From positions 124,001 through 188,000 of the forward strand of contig NIVC01000894.1 of assembly GCA_002269645.1 (NCBI GenBank): a DNA stretch of 64,000 nucleotides. The letters run 5' to 3'. The position numbers were made by a program, and so were the translations under genes. The DNA comes from Macrostomum lignano. Lineage: Eukaryota. Below, piece after piece: positions 30,085 through 64,000 of this stretch (the first letter of the stretch is position 1; each line of letters begins with the position of its first letter). Under the pieces are notes generated by a model, which was not told the DNA's origin, did no database searches, and saw only the letters and a list, made by a program, of their open reading frames with translations.

Positions 30085-31615
30085 CCCACTCTCCCCAGTA
30101 CCCACTCTCCACTCTCTCTACTCTCCCCACTCTCCACTCTCTCTACTCTCCCCACTCTCTCCACTCTCTCTACTCTCTCTACTCTCCCCACTCTCCACTC
30201 TCTCTACTCTCCCCACTCTCCACTCTCTCTACTCTCCCCACTCTCCACTCTCTCTACTCTCCCCACTCTCTCTACTCTCCACACTCTCCACTCTCTCTAC
30301 TCTCCCCACTCTCTCTACTCTCCCCACTCTCTCTACTCTCATCACTCTCTCCACTCTCCCCACTCTCTTCACTCTCTCTACTCTCCACTCTCTCTACTCT
30401 CCTCACTCTCCTCACTCTCCCTACTCTCCCCAGTCCCTACTCTCTCTACTCTTCTCACTCTCTTCACTCTCTCCATTCTCTCCACTCTCTCTACTCTCCC
30501 CACTCTCCACTCTCTCTACTCTTCCCACTCTCCACTCTCTCTACTCTCCCCACTCTCTCCACTCTCTCTACTCTCTCTACTCTCCACTCTCTCTACTCTC
30601 CCCACTCTCCACTCTCTCTACTCTCCTCACTCTCTCTACTCTCCCCACTCTCCACTCTCTCTACTCTTCCCACTCTCCACTCTCTCTACTCTCCCCACTC
30701 TCCACTCTCTCTACTCTCCCCACTCCTCACTCTCTCTACTCTCCCCACTCTCTCTACTCTCCTCACTCTCTCCACTCTCCCCACTCTTCCCACTCTCTCT
30801 ACTCTCCTCACTCTCCCCACTCTCTCCACTCTCTCTACTCTCCACTCTCTCTACTCTCCACTCTCTCTACTCTCCACTCTCTCTACTCTCCCCACTCTCC
30901 ACTCTCTCTACTCTCCCCACTCCTCACTCTCTCTACTCTCCCCACTCTCTCTACTCTCCCACTCTCCACTCTCTCTACTCTCCCCACTCCTCACTCTCTC
31001 TACTCTCCCCACTCTCTCTACTCTCCTCACTCTCTCCACTCTCCCCACTCTCTCTACTCTCCACTCTCTCTACTCTCCACTCTCTCTACTCTTCCCACTC
31101 TCTCTACTCTTCCCACTCTCTCTACTCTCCTCACTCTCCCCACTCTCTCCACTCTCTCTACTCTCCACTCTCTCTACTCTCCACTCTCTCTACTCTCCAC
31201 TCTCTCTACTCTCCACTCTCTCTACTCTCCTCACTCTCCTCACTCTCCCTACTCTTCCCAGTCCCTACTCTCTCTACTCTTCTCACTCTCTTCACTCTCT
31301 CCATTCTCTACACTCTCCCCCCTCTCCCCTTCTCTACTCTCCCTACTCTCTCTACTCTCCCCAATCCCCACTCTCCCCACTCTCTCTACTCTCCCCACTC
31401 TCCCCACTTTCTCTACTGTCCCTACTCTCTCTACTCTCCCACTCTCTCTACCCTCCCCACTCCCCCCTCTCTCCCCTTTCTCTACTCTCCCTACTCTCTC
31501 TACTCTCCCTACTCTCTCTACTCTCCCCACTCTCTCTACTCTCCCCACTCTCTCTACTCTCCTCACTCTCTCCACTCTCCCTACTCTCCCACTCTCCCAC
31601 TCTCCCCACTCTCCT
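30085..31615. repeat. CT-rich minisatellite (CTCTACTCTCCCCACT-like)
   Basis: Direct observation; the 561 aa and 519 aa ORFs are repeat artefacts. Confidence 0.95.
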
Positions 31616-31970
31616 CCGTAGCTAATAAAAGTAATTACGTACGATAGTGCAAAATTTCTTTCTTAAAAATCTGACACCTTTATTGCCTCACCTGTGTCAG
31701 TTTTCGATTGCCCATGTAGCGCAGGTGCTGCTCGCAATGGCCTGTCAACCGCTCGCTCGATCTGTGCGATAGCCAATAGCAGTGCAGCATTAAGTGCATT
31801 GGTTTTCTGGAAGTACGCCCAGGCCCACCCCCGTCATGCTGCACAAAAGCGGCAGACGTTCAGGTCACGAAAGGCCCCACAAGGGAATCTCAGTCAGACT
31901 CGATCAGGCATCAGATTTCATTTTGTTTAATTAGCTTTTTCAGGAGGGCCAATTATTCACAAAACCGGAT

Positions 31971-54678
<22,708 letters not shown>

Positions 54679-55191
54679 ACGACGTCCCATGACAGACAAT
54701 GAATGACAAAACCAACTTGGATATAAGAATTTCCACATGGCATCGAGACTTTGACTAAAATGACTATTTGTACTTTTATTTGCGTGCTGTTGTATTTTGT
54801 ATTTGTATTGGTTGCATTGGAGAGCGGCGGCCCACCCGATCTGTGCAGGCACTCCGGGGTAGAAGTGGATGGGCTGGGAGCTCGTACTGACACTCGTTAA
54901 GCCCTATTAAGAGAGATGCGCAGATGACGAGGTTGCGACTTGCAAGCAGGCGAGCCACTCGGCGGAGAGGTGAATAGGGGTCTGGAGGCGTGCGAACACT
55001 TCGCAGACCCGAGTGAAGACTTTCGACGGGGGGGCGGAGAGGATTTGGATGAGCAGACTGCCACTTGTATCCAATCCTGATGACTGGCAATTAGAGGACA
55101 AAGTCTAGAGAGGAAGATAAGAAAAAGAAATAAAATTTATCTTAGGGAGCCGAAGCCTAGTGCTCTAGCGAGGCGTTCTTATTTTCTGCTC

Positions 55192-55340
55192 GTGCAATTA
55201 ACGCCCTTGAGGGCGAACCCCCAAGGCACAGTGAAGCGTACATGCCTGTGTGCTTGCTCAGGGGAATCGGCGGAATGGGTAGTAATGCCTCTCTCCGGTT
55301 TTGTGCAACGTCGCTTATGGTTCCGCCAGGTCGCACAGAA
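55192..55340 (+). mobile_element. SINE-family copy with internal deletion
   Basis: Matches 28645-28880 (GCAATTAACG, GCTCAGGGGA, GTAATGCCTCTC, GCCTCTAATAA) but lacks the middle segment. Confidence 0.7.
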
Positions 55341-57372
55341 CCCGCTGCCTCTAATAATTTTTTTCACCTAACTGGGAGGGGGTCACAAGCTGCGCGGGTT
55401 AGGCCACGCAGGGTTGGGGTTGGGGGCCAAGCCACGCTGGGTTGGGGGGTGGGGGTCAAGCCAACGCCGGGCTGGGGGGGGGTGGGGGTCAAGACAACGC
55501 CGGGCTGGGGGTAGGGGCCAAATTAAGCCACGCCGGGCTGTGGGGTGGAGGCTAAGCCACGCCGGGCTGGGGGGTGGGACGAAATTCACACAGTTAGAGG
55601 ACGGGAGAAAGACGGGGGTAAAGCTAGCCAATCAGGGGCCTCCGCGGCTAGAGATATGAGTCGACAAGCCCAAACGACGAGAGAACCGAAGAGGGGGCAG
55701 CCAATGAGGCGGGTCAGGGCAATGGCATTGTTAATCGTGTGTTATCATTTGTGTATGTACTTTTAATTTTGTCTCTAGTCTCGTTTATCAAATCAAGCAG
55801 CTTGTCAGAAGCGTGCTTTTGTCCATGGCAGTGATTGCGACTTTGTTCTGCTTTAATGTGAACTGGGTCTTGATTTGTTTTAATGTTTTTTCCGCTTTGG
55901 TTTACTTAATTTACCAAGACTAAAAATCGAAAAAACCCGAATTCGAACCGTCAAGGATTCGGTAATGATTGAAATTAAAAGATTTTGTCAGTCTGTATTG
56001 TGGCAACACAACAGATATCGAATTTAGCTTATTTGTTATGCTGATTATGGAAAAATTTTTTATGCTTCAGTTTGTCCATATGATAAATGCAATAAGCGGC
56101 TGGTCATACTGCAAGGAGCCGCGAGGCAAAAATAAATTTATAAAAATGGGAGAAAGTGAATAGAAGAGAAAAGAAGGATACAAAAGGGGCGGAACCATAC
56201 GGGCGGAAAATGGGGAGGAAAAGGGGCGGAGAAAGGATGAGAAAAAGGCGTAAAAGGGGAGGAAAATAGGAGGAAACAGCCGAGTTTCTCATATAAAATA
56301 AGACCACTACCGAAAGGTTCTTAGCCAACCAACCAGCGTGATTGGTGGCGGGTCAGACCGGAGCTGTTCCTGGGCGCGACTCCCCACTGAGCAGTTAATT
56401 ACAGTTGAGCATGTAATTAATTATTTTAGTACTGATACCTGGGTACGCAGCCAAGCATTCTAGCATTTTTCTTAATTCCTTTGATGTCTACCGCACCCGA
56501 ATAAAAGCCCAGTATATTCATCTGGCCTGAGTTGGTGTATAAAGCCCAGGACGTGAACTGGCCTATCGTAGCTAAATGTTGTTTATTAGTGCCATAAATC
56601 ACTGCAGTTTCTGCTGGCAGGAAATGTCAGGCGACAGGGAACCTGCGTCGGAAAAGTATAGTGTAGGATCAAAATATTAATTGAGAGACGGAGAGAGAGG
56701 GGAGAGAGGAAGAGAGGGTAAGTGTAGGGAGTGATTGGAGTGATTTAGAGTGATAGGGTAGTGATGGGGACTAATTTAAAGTGATTTAGAGTGGTGGGGA
56801 GTAATTTAGAGAGATGGAGACTGATGGGGAGTGATGGGGAGTGATGTAGAGTGATGGGGAGAGATGGGAGTGATGGAGAGTGATTTAGAGTGATGGGGAG
56901 TGATTGGGATGATGGAGAGTAATTTAGAGTGGTGGGGAGTGATTTAGAGTGATGGGGAGTGATTGGGATGATGGGGAGTGATTTAGAGTGATGGAGAGTG
57001 ATGTGGAGTGGTGGAAGTGGTGGAGGAGAGAAGGGGAGTGATGGGGATCTTACAATGGACAGAAGCTGAAAGAAGTCAAGGCCAAAGAGCCCTCAAAGGT
57101 AAATAAAGGGCGCGACGGCGCTTTCAGAAATCTTGTGGCTTTATATTTTTAGGACGCGACGTTTAAAATAAAATTAGCATAAAAAATTCAAAACTTAAAA
57201 TGCGTTTAAAAATGCTTCAGATAATTGAAAAGCAGAAGAATTTCTTATCAGATCGGCAATGCAAAAAATATATGGAGGTGACTGCTTATTGAAAGCAGCA
57301 GACCCATCAGAAGCAGTTCACCAAAAGTCATTGTTAGTTATCATCAATGATTTAAAAATAATATTTACTTTG

Positions 57373-59520
57373 TCAGTAGCAGGGGCACTCGGGCTGAGCA
57401 GGTCTGTACAGATAGTCGCCATCAAAGAAGAGCACCTGGCGAGTGATGAAGCGGCCCGGTTGAGTTTGCAGCTTCACGCGAGAGAACCTTTCTCGGCCCT
57501 GCTTAGCGGGGCACAGCTGGATGCGAGGCGGCTGACAGTCGCCGCAGGAGACCTCGCCGGGCACGCAGCCTTCGGCGTCGCGATTCTGCCGTTGCTTTCG
57601 CTTCTTCTGGTGCTTCTTCAGCAGCCGCTGTCGTTGCATCGGACAGGGGCGCGGCTTTGATGGGCAGCGGGCGCAGCGTGGGGTCGGCGGCTGCTGCTTT
57701 TGCTGCCGCTTCAGCTGCTGCTTCTGCTGCTGCTTCTGCTGCTGCTTCTGCTGCTGCTTCTGCTGCTGCAACGGCTTCTGTTGCTGCTGCCTCTGCTGCT
57801 GCTGCGGTTGCTGTTGCTGTAGCTGCCTTTGCTGCAGCTGCGGTTGTTGTTGTTGCTGCTTCAGTCTTTGCTGCTGTACTGATTTGCTAAAAGCAGCACA
57901 AGAAAATCAACTAAGCTGCTGAGAATATTCATCAACCAAGCAACTGGGGATCTGGGAGGCTGGCCCAGCAACTGAGGATCTGGGAGGCGGGCTGGTCCAG
58001 CAACTGACACTCTGGGAGGCTGGCCCAGCAACTGACACTCTGGGAGGCTGGCCCAGCAACTGACACTCTGGGAGGCTGGTCCAGCAACTGACACTCTGGG
58101 AGGCTGGTCCAGCAACTGACACTCTAGGAGGCTGGTCCAGCAACTGACACTCTGGGAGGCTGGTCCAGCAACTGACACTCTGGGAGGCTGGTCCAGCAAC
58201 TGACACTCTGGGAGGCTGGTCCAGCAACTGACACTTCGGGAGGCGGTTTCCTTTAACTTTCAATAGAAGCCAAACCACACGCCCAAAGCTCGAGATTTCA
58301 CATGCAACCAGAAGGAACTCACGCCGCCGGAGACTGCGGCCTCTTCTTGCGCTGCGCCCGTTTTGGTGGCGGGGTGACATCGTCAAGCAAGACGCTATCG
58401 TCAAGCCGTGACGCCCATTTGTTGCGGTGCACGGTGGTGTTGCGGGCGCGAGCAGGTGAATAGATGCCTTCAGTTGGCCATTCGACACTGGGACCCTTCT
58501 GCATCTTTAGGATTAGGGTTAGGGTTTAGGTTAGGGAGTTGGTCAGTCAATATTTTGGCAGTTGAATTGCAGCTGTCAAATTTCGTTGACGCAGAGACGT
58601 TACGTTTCTACGTTTTACGTTTTTACCTGGCCGTTAAAGAGCCAACAACAGTTCAAATGAAACTCACAAAGCTGTCAGCGGCAACGCTGGGTCGTTGGTT
58701 CTTCTGCGGCTGCTTCCGCTTATTTGATTGCTGCAACGGTTGCCAATATTGCTGTTGACTTGGCCGACTCTGCACAGCCTGTTCCCACTGGTACTCGGAG
58801 TTGTGCCCGGCATTTTCCAAGTCCTCATAGATTCGATCACGCGAACACCAGGCAACCTCGGGCCGATGGTTGAAATTCGAGTTTTGTGGAAACCGAGGAA
58901 ACGGCGAACTGAAGAAGATTGGATTTGAGTTCGGCTGTTGGAAAAATCTAACATCGATGTAGTTTCGAGTTGAAGGGGCCTCTAGCTGCTGCAGATACTT
59001 TCGTCCGGCTTCCGCTCATCACTTGAGCAAGTGAGCAAGACTCTATAGTACTCTAGACTCTAGGTTTATTCACACACATACATACACTGACACAAGCTTA
59101 CTAACTTAGGTGTAACTGGGGTTTGGTCACCGCCACCAGGACGTGAATTCCACGACAATCAGACCTTTGTATTTTAGTCGCAACAGACGCATTAGAAACG
59201 GGTTAAACATGAATGAAGCAGTGCAACTCACAGGTTGGGCAGAACTTCGCAGCAAGTGCCCGACAGTGTTGACAAGCAGCTGTCGGCCGAGTGGCTGCTC
59301 CGAGTTGCGCAGCTCTGAATTTCGCAGAATACGACGCTGTTTGCTGCAGCCTCAGCCGCAAACGAACTCTTGCTGTGCTGCGGCTCAATCAGCATGCACT
59401 GACGGTCGCTGTCGTCCGAGCTGCTGCTGGAGTTTCTTCGTCTGCAATTTAGCCTGCTGCTGCTGTTGTTGCTGCTGCATTTCTGGCCCGAAGTTTTGAG
59501 TTCACAGTTCGAGTCTTGGA
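57373..59520 (-). CDS. Unknown protein, Ser/Gln-rich with Cys-rich C-terminus (5' end not found)
   Basis: Exons 59520-59232, 58908-58668, 58498-58323 and 57886-57373 join in one open frame of about 400 aa with GT-AG ends and matching phases; ends ...CARCP...CGDC...PECPCY*. Confidence 0.6.
57945..58245. repeat. 28-bp minisatellite GGGAGGCTGGTCCAGCAACTGACACTCT
   Basis: Direct observation; intronic in the model above. Confidence 0.93.
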
Positions 59521-60584
59521 CTGTAATATGAAAACGATGAATAGCATCTTTACTGAGGGCTGTCGGGCACAACTGTGTAATACATGAGCCAACAAACAGC
59601 TGTGTCGTGTTACGAATTTGTCAAAGTGTATTTTTTGCTGATCTAGCTGGTTTGCTCTCTTACGAGTATTACCTTTAGCCCTAAAATGAACTAATAGTAC
59701 ATTTTAAAAAAACATTAACCCCTAAAGTCAGCACTACAGCAAACATTGCACTTTATATGTACTGCTGCTTTTAGCTAATAAGGATTGTAAATAGTCGAAT
59801 TTCAAGCCCTACTACTAACAAGCATGACGATTTCTCTCAAGACAGCAAAGGCACTGACTGCTTCCCTGTTGGCACAGATGTTTTGGTTAGTCAGCAACGA
59901 GGCCACCCGCAAAAAGGAAGACCAGCTGAGTCAATTAGCAAATAACTTCAGTCTGGCATTTTCCACCTGATTACGAACCTTTACCGCACAGGTTGAATAG
60001 TGCATGTTTATGCAAATATACTCCACAAGACTCAGGAGCATCACAGGCAGGTGCGCCATTTACGGCTGATTAAAGATTTGTTTTCTAAGAGCGTATGCGC
60101 GCACAGGTATGCGTAGGGCGTACTGAAATTCAGTCCAGGTAAACAGAGTCTGGAGTAGTCTGGATTGAGGATCTGGGAGGCTAGCCCAACAACTGAGTAT
60201 CTGGGTGTCAATGAAAATTATAGTGAAAATAAAAACCCGAGACCAGGGTGAACGCGGCTTTCTACTCACCCTTGTCAATGCAGCTTGTCATGGCAGTAAA
60301 CTTTCTGATTGAAGAGGTCATAAATACAATGTGGCTATATAAAAAGTTGATAAAAAAGAATGCTGAAAGTGAAGCGATAAATTCAGTATTTATCTAATTA
60401 TCTGTGATATACTTTCAGAACAAAGTTTAGAGTTTAGTAATTTTAATTTTTTATTAATCACTTCACCATAGACAATTGGATTCGTGAAAGATCCGAACGC
60501 AGAAGTCATCATAGAAAAATGCTTTCAGTATTAGAGTGCATTTTTAAGCGAAATTTAATTTATGGTACATTCACCATACATGGT

Positions 60585-61375
60585 AAATGTACATTGGGGC
60601 AGGTGTTAAAGCTGATTTCCTGGGCGTGTGTACATTGGGGCAGGGGTTGAAGCTGATTGCCAGGGCGTGTGTACATTGGGGCAGGGGTTGAAGCTGATTG
60701 CCAGGGCGTGTGTACATTGGGGCAGGGGTTGAAGCCGATTGTCAGGGCGTGTGTACATTGGGGCAGGGGTTGAAGCTGATTGCCAGGGCGTGTGTACATT
60801 GGGGCAGGGGTTGAAGCTGATTGCCAGGGCGTGTGTACATTGGGGCAGGTGTTAAAGCTGATTTCCTGGGCGTGTGTACATTGGGGCAGGGGTTGAAGCC
60901 GATTGTCAGTGTGTGTACATTGGGGCAGGGGTTGAAGCTGATTGCCAGGGCGTGTGTACATTGGGGCAGGGGTTGAAGCTGATTGCCAGGGCGTGTGTAC
61001 ACTGGGGCAGGGGTTGAAGCCGATTGTCAGGGCGTGTGTACATTGGGGCAGGGGTTGAAGCTGATTGCCAGGGCGTGTGTACATTGGGGCAGGGGTTGAA
61101 GCTGATTGCCAGGGCGTGTGTACATTGGGGCAGGTGTTAAAGCTGATTTCCTGGGCGTGTGTACATTGGGGCAGGGGTTGAAGCTGATTGCCAGGGCGTG
61201 TGTACATTGGGGCAGGGGTTGAAGCCGATTGTCAGGGCGTGTGTACATTGGGGCAGGGGTTGAAGCCGATTGTCAGGGCGTGTGTACATTGGGGCAGGGG
61301 TTGAAGCTGATTGCCAGGGCGTAATTGTATGTACATTGGGGCAGGGGTTGAAGTTGATTGTTAGGGCATGTGGAC
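60585..61375. repeat. 41-bp minisatellite GTGTGTACATTGGGGCAGGGGTTGAAGCTGATTGCCAGGGC
   Basis: About 19 units. Confidence 0.96.
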
Positions 61376-62022
61376 ATTGCAGCTGACTTGGATTAAAAGC
61401 AAAAATTACTCAGAAATCAGTTCAAAATATTCAATTTTTTTATTTAAAGGACTTGTATCTAAAGATCAATTGAACTAAAGTAATATGTATTTATTAAGTG
61501 CGAAATATTTACAACTTGAAAAGTCGGTGTCCAAAAGTTTCGCATGCATTTTAATTTGGGAAAATAAAAGCTGCGGTCTAGTTAGCAGATGCATAGCTCC
61601 AGTGCTAGAATTTATTACTAGAAATTTTACAAGCATAAATATTGATTAATTTAATGAAAATATATATTATAGTGCAGAGAGAACTTAAAAATAACACTTT
61701 GCGGAAGGCGAAAGACGGGACAGGCGCAGGATAAGGGCGAGGGAAAAACGCAATAAATACTACTAACTGCAGTACTACTGAATCCAGGGCTGCAGTTGAT
61801 TCTATACTCGCTATTTAAATTGCATAATTGACGGGCAATAAATTTAATTATTACATAAAAAATGACAATCAATAATTAGATAATGTTAAGCATAAAAAAC
61901 TACTGCTATACTGTCAATTTTATTAAAGTCGATAATCTATGGATTTTCCACAGCCAACCCCCCAGGCGCAGAGACTGCACACTGACTAACGATAAGAGCT
62001 CATCCGTGCTCATCCCCCAGAC

Positions 62023-62472
62023 TCAGGCCCCGCCGCAAACTATGTAGTTGTGCGCTTGCTCCAACAGCGGCAGCATCTCTGGAAAGCCATCGCGAGCCAG
62101 CTGGGTGGCTTCCGCTAGCTGGCACCAGCGAAAGTCGCGATGCTCGTGCGACAGCCGGACCGCGGCAGCTTCGGCCTCGTCAGCGACTTCAGCCAGCCAG
62201 AAGGTGCAACTCTTCAATCGCTCCAGATGCCTCCGGCTGTTGTAGCAGATCTTTGTAGCGGCGAACTGATCCAGCAGTTTCAGCCGGGTCAGGCCGCTCT
62301 CTTCGCGCGTCTCTCGCATAGCGCAGTCCAGCAGGGTCTCCCCAGCCTCCAGGTGACCCTTGGGCGGCGTCCAGCGGTCCTGGGTGCGCGACGAGTGCAG
62401 CATGAGGTAGAGGGGCTCGCTGCCTGTCCGAGAGAACACCAGCAGCCCAGCGGCTTCAACAATCTCAGGCAT
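62023..62472 (-). CDS. NUDT2: Bis(5'-nucleosyl)-tetraphosphatase (asymmetrical Ap4A hydrolase), Nudix family
   Basis: 149 aa single-exon ORF; AAGLLVF, YLML, WTPPKGHLEAGETLLDCAMRETREESG (Nudix box), FWLAEV, LSHEHRDFRW. Confidence 0.92.
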   Translation of the reverse strand: MPEIVEAAGLLVFSRTGSEPLYLMLHSSRTQDRWTPPKGHLEAGETLLDCAMRETREESGLTRLKLLDQFAATKICYNSRRHLERLKSCTFWLAEVADEAEAAAVRLSHEHRDFRWCQLAEATQLARDGFPEMLPLLEQAHNYIVCGGA

Positions 62473-62635
62473 GACAGACTGCGAATGCGCTTGAGCAGTA
62501 AGGGGGGATTGTAATATAAAAGTACATCAGTGTCTTGCAAGCAAATTAAGGAACTAACCTTTTCTAATAAATTCTACACGTCAAAACCTTGTAGTAGCAT
62601 TCGTTGCTTTTGCTATTAAGCCGCTTAGCTCAAGA

Positions 62636-63301
62636 CAGAGTTGGCAAGTTTTTACCTAAAGAGCCAGATGAAGAATCTAGCGCATGACTGCGGGCCAGAG
62701 GAAGGGAAATAGAAGAGGAGATAGGGAAGAGAGGAAAGAATAGAGAGTAGGGAGCGGAAAAATGTGAGAGGAGAGAAGGAAGAGGAGAGAGGGAAGAGAG
62801 GAGAGCGGGGAGAAGAGGAGAGGAGAGGAGAGGAGAGAGGAGAGAAAGGAGAGGAGAGAGAGAAGGGAGAGGAGAGAGGGGAGAAGGAAGAGGAGAGAGG
62901 GAAGAGAGGAGAGCGGGGAGAAGAGGAGAGGAGAGGAGAGAGGAGAGAAAGGAGAGGAGAGAGAGGAGAAGGGAGAGGAGAGAGGGGAGAAGGGAGAGGA
63001 GAGGAGAGGAGAGAAGTGAGGGTAGAGAAGAGGAGAGAGGGGAAAGGAGAGAAGGGAGAGGAGAGAAGAGAAGTGAGAGTAGAGAAGAGGAGAGAGGGGG
63101 AGAGGAGAGAAGGGAGAGGAGAGGAGAGGAGGGGAGGAGAGATGAGATAAGGAAGAAAGGGGGAGAGAAGGCTGAGAGCGCTGAGAAGAGACAAGCCTTG
63201 AGCGGGCTATATCACTATTGTGAAGTTTGAAAGGACCCGAGGGCCGTATAGAGGCTTGGCAGGCCGCATGTGGCCCGAGGGATGGATTTCACCTACCCCT
63301 G
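62636..63301. mobile_element. hAT-type MITE with an internal GA-rich expansion
   Basis: Ends CAGAGTTGGCAAG... and ...GGCCGCATGTGGCCC...ACCCCTG; 8-bp flanks GCTCAAGA and GCTTAAGA (7/8 match); TIRs degenerate. Confidence 0.6.
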
Positions 63302-63519
63302 GCTTAAGAAATCATCAGCATTTGTAACTGAGCCGTGGAAACCCCACCTAAAGCTAAGAACCTTCCCTTGATAGCAGATTACCTACTAATGAATAGCAAG
63401 AAAAGAATATAAATTTGATCTCGAACAAAATATTTGAAAACAGGCGTGAAAATGTGAAAATGGCCAACTATGTCCACATGTGAGGTACTAGATTTTACGA
63501 ACTTTACCAACTACAATTT

Positions 63520-63685
63520 TTATAAATCAGAATCTTCACCATCTACAATCTTCATAAATCATAATTTTCACCAACTACAATCTTAATAAATTAGAATCTT
63601 CACCAATTACAATCTTAATAATTTAGAATCTTCACCAATTACAATCTTAATAAATCAGAATCTTCACCAACTACAATCTTCATAA
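63520..63685. repeat. Short AT-rich ~33-bp tandem repeat (AATCTTCACCAACTACAATCTT...)
   Basis: Direct observation. Confidence 0.8.
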
Positions 63686-64000
63686 ATTAAAGTCTTATAA
63701 AATACCCCAGGGATAAGTTCAGTGAACTGTTTGGTTTAAAAAATTCTGTAAACCTTACTTATCAGCCTTAAGAATCAATTGAAAAACGTAAAGAAATAAA
63801 AAAAAATGTTAACACCAGTGAAATCATTGATTAAACAAACATTTAATTAACAGGAGAATTGTATTTTATTAGCATTCAGTGTCTCCACAGGCCATACAGC
63901 TGTCGCACTCCCAGTTACTCAGGTACTTTGTTATCTTAAAGATATAAATGGAAACAATTGTAGACAAAAACTAATTAATATACTAAGAAATGTGTCACAA

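Noticed and set aside
55368-55600. CTAACTG...CAGTTAG short inverted ends around a G-rich ~30-bp repeat
   Set aside because: Only 7 bp of inverted match and no target-site duplication
58990-59060. Hammerhead-like string on the minus strand (GTGATGAG...CGAAA)
   Set aside because: Core C of CUGAUGA is G, stem II does not close properly and stem I does not pair

Overview
Eukaryotic (animal) genomic DNA with GT-AG introns, GC-rich exons and an extreme density of micro- and minisatellites. The style suggests a flatworm such as Macrostomum, but that is inference only. Most long ORFs in the track are translations of tandem repeats. Genes I could build: (1) 3' part of a probable GPI-anchored Ser/Thr-rich protein (+); (2) an inositol polyphosphate multikinase (IPK family, -) plus a 5'-truncated copy; (3) an 10-11 exon class B1 (secretin-like) GPCR (+, about 31971-54678) whose ectodomain has TWO complete six-cysteine hormone-receptor (HRM) domains, each on its own phase 0-0 exon; (4) a four-exon Gln-rich gene of unknown function (-); (5) NUDT2-like Ap4A hydrolase (-). 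Structural features: a ~9 kb tandem duplication, a ~4.7 kb fold-back inversion between the two HRM exons, a tRNA-headed SINE flanked by 181-bp direct repeats, a Tc1/mariner-type MITE and a hAT-type MITE. All exon models are manual and have no transcript support.
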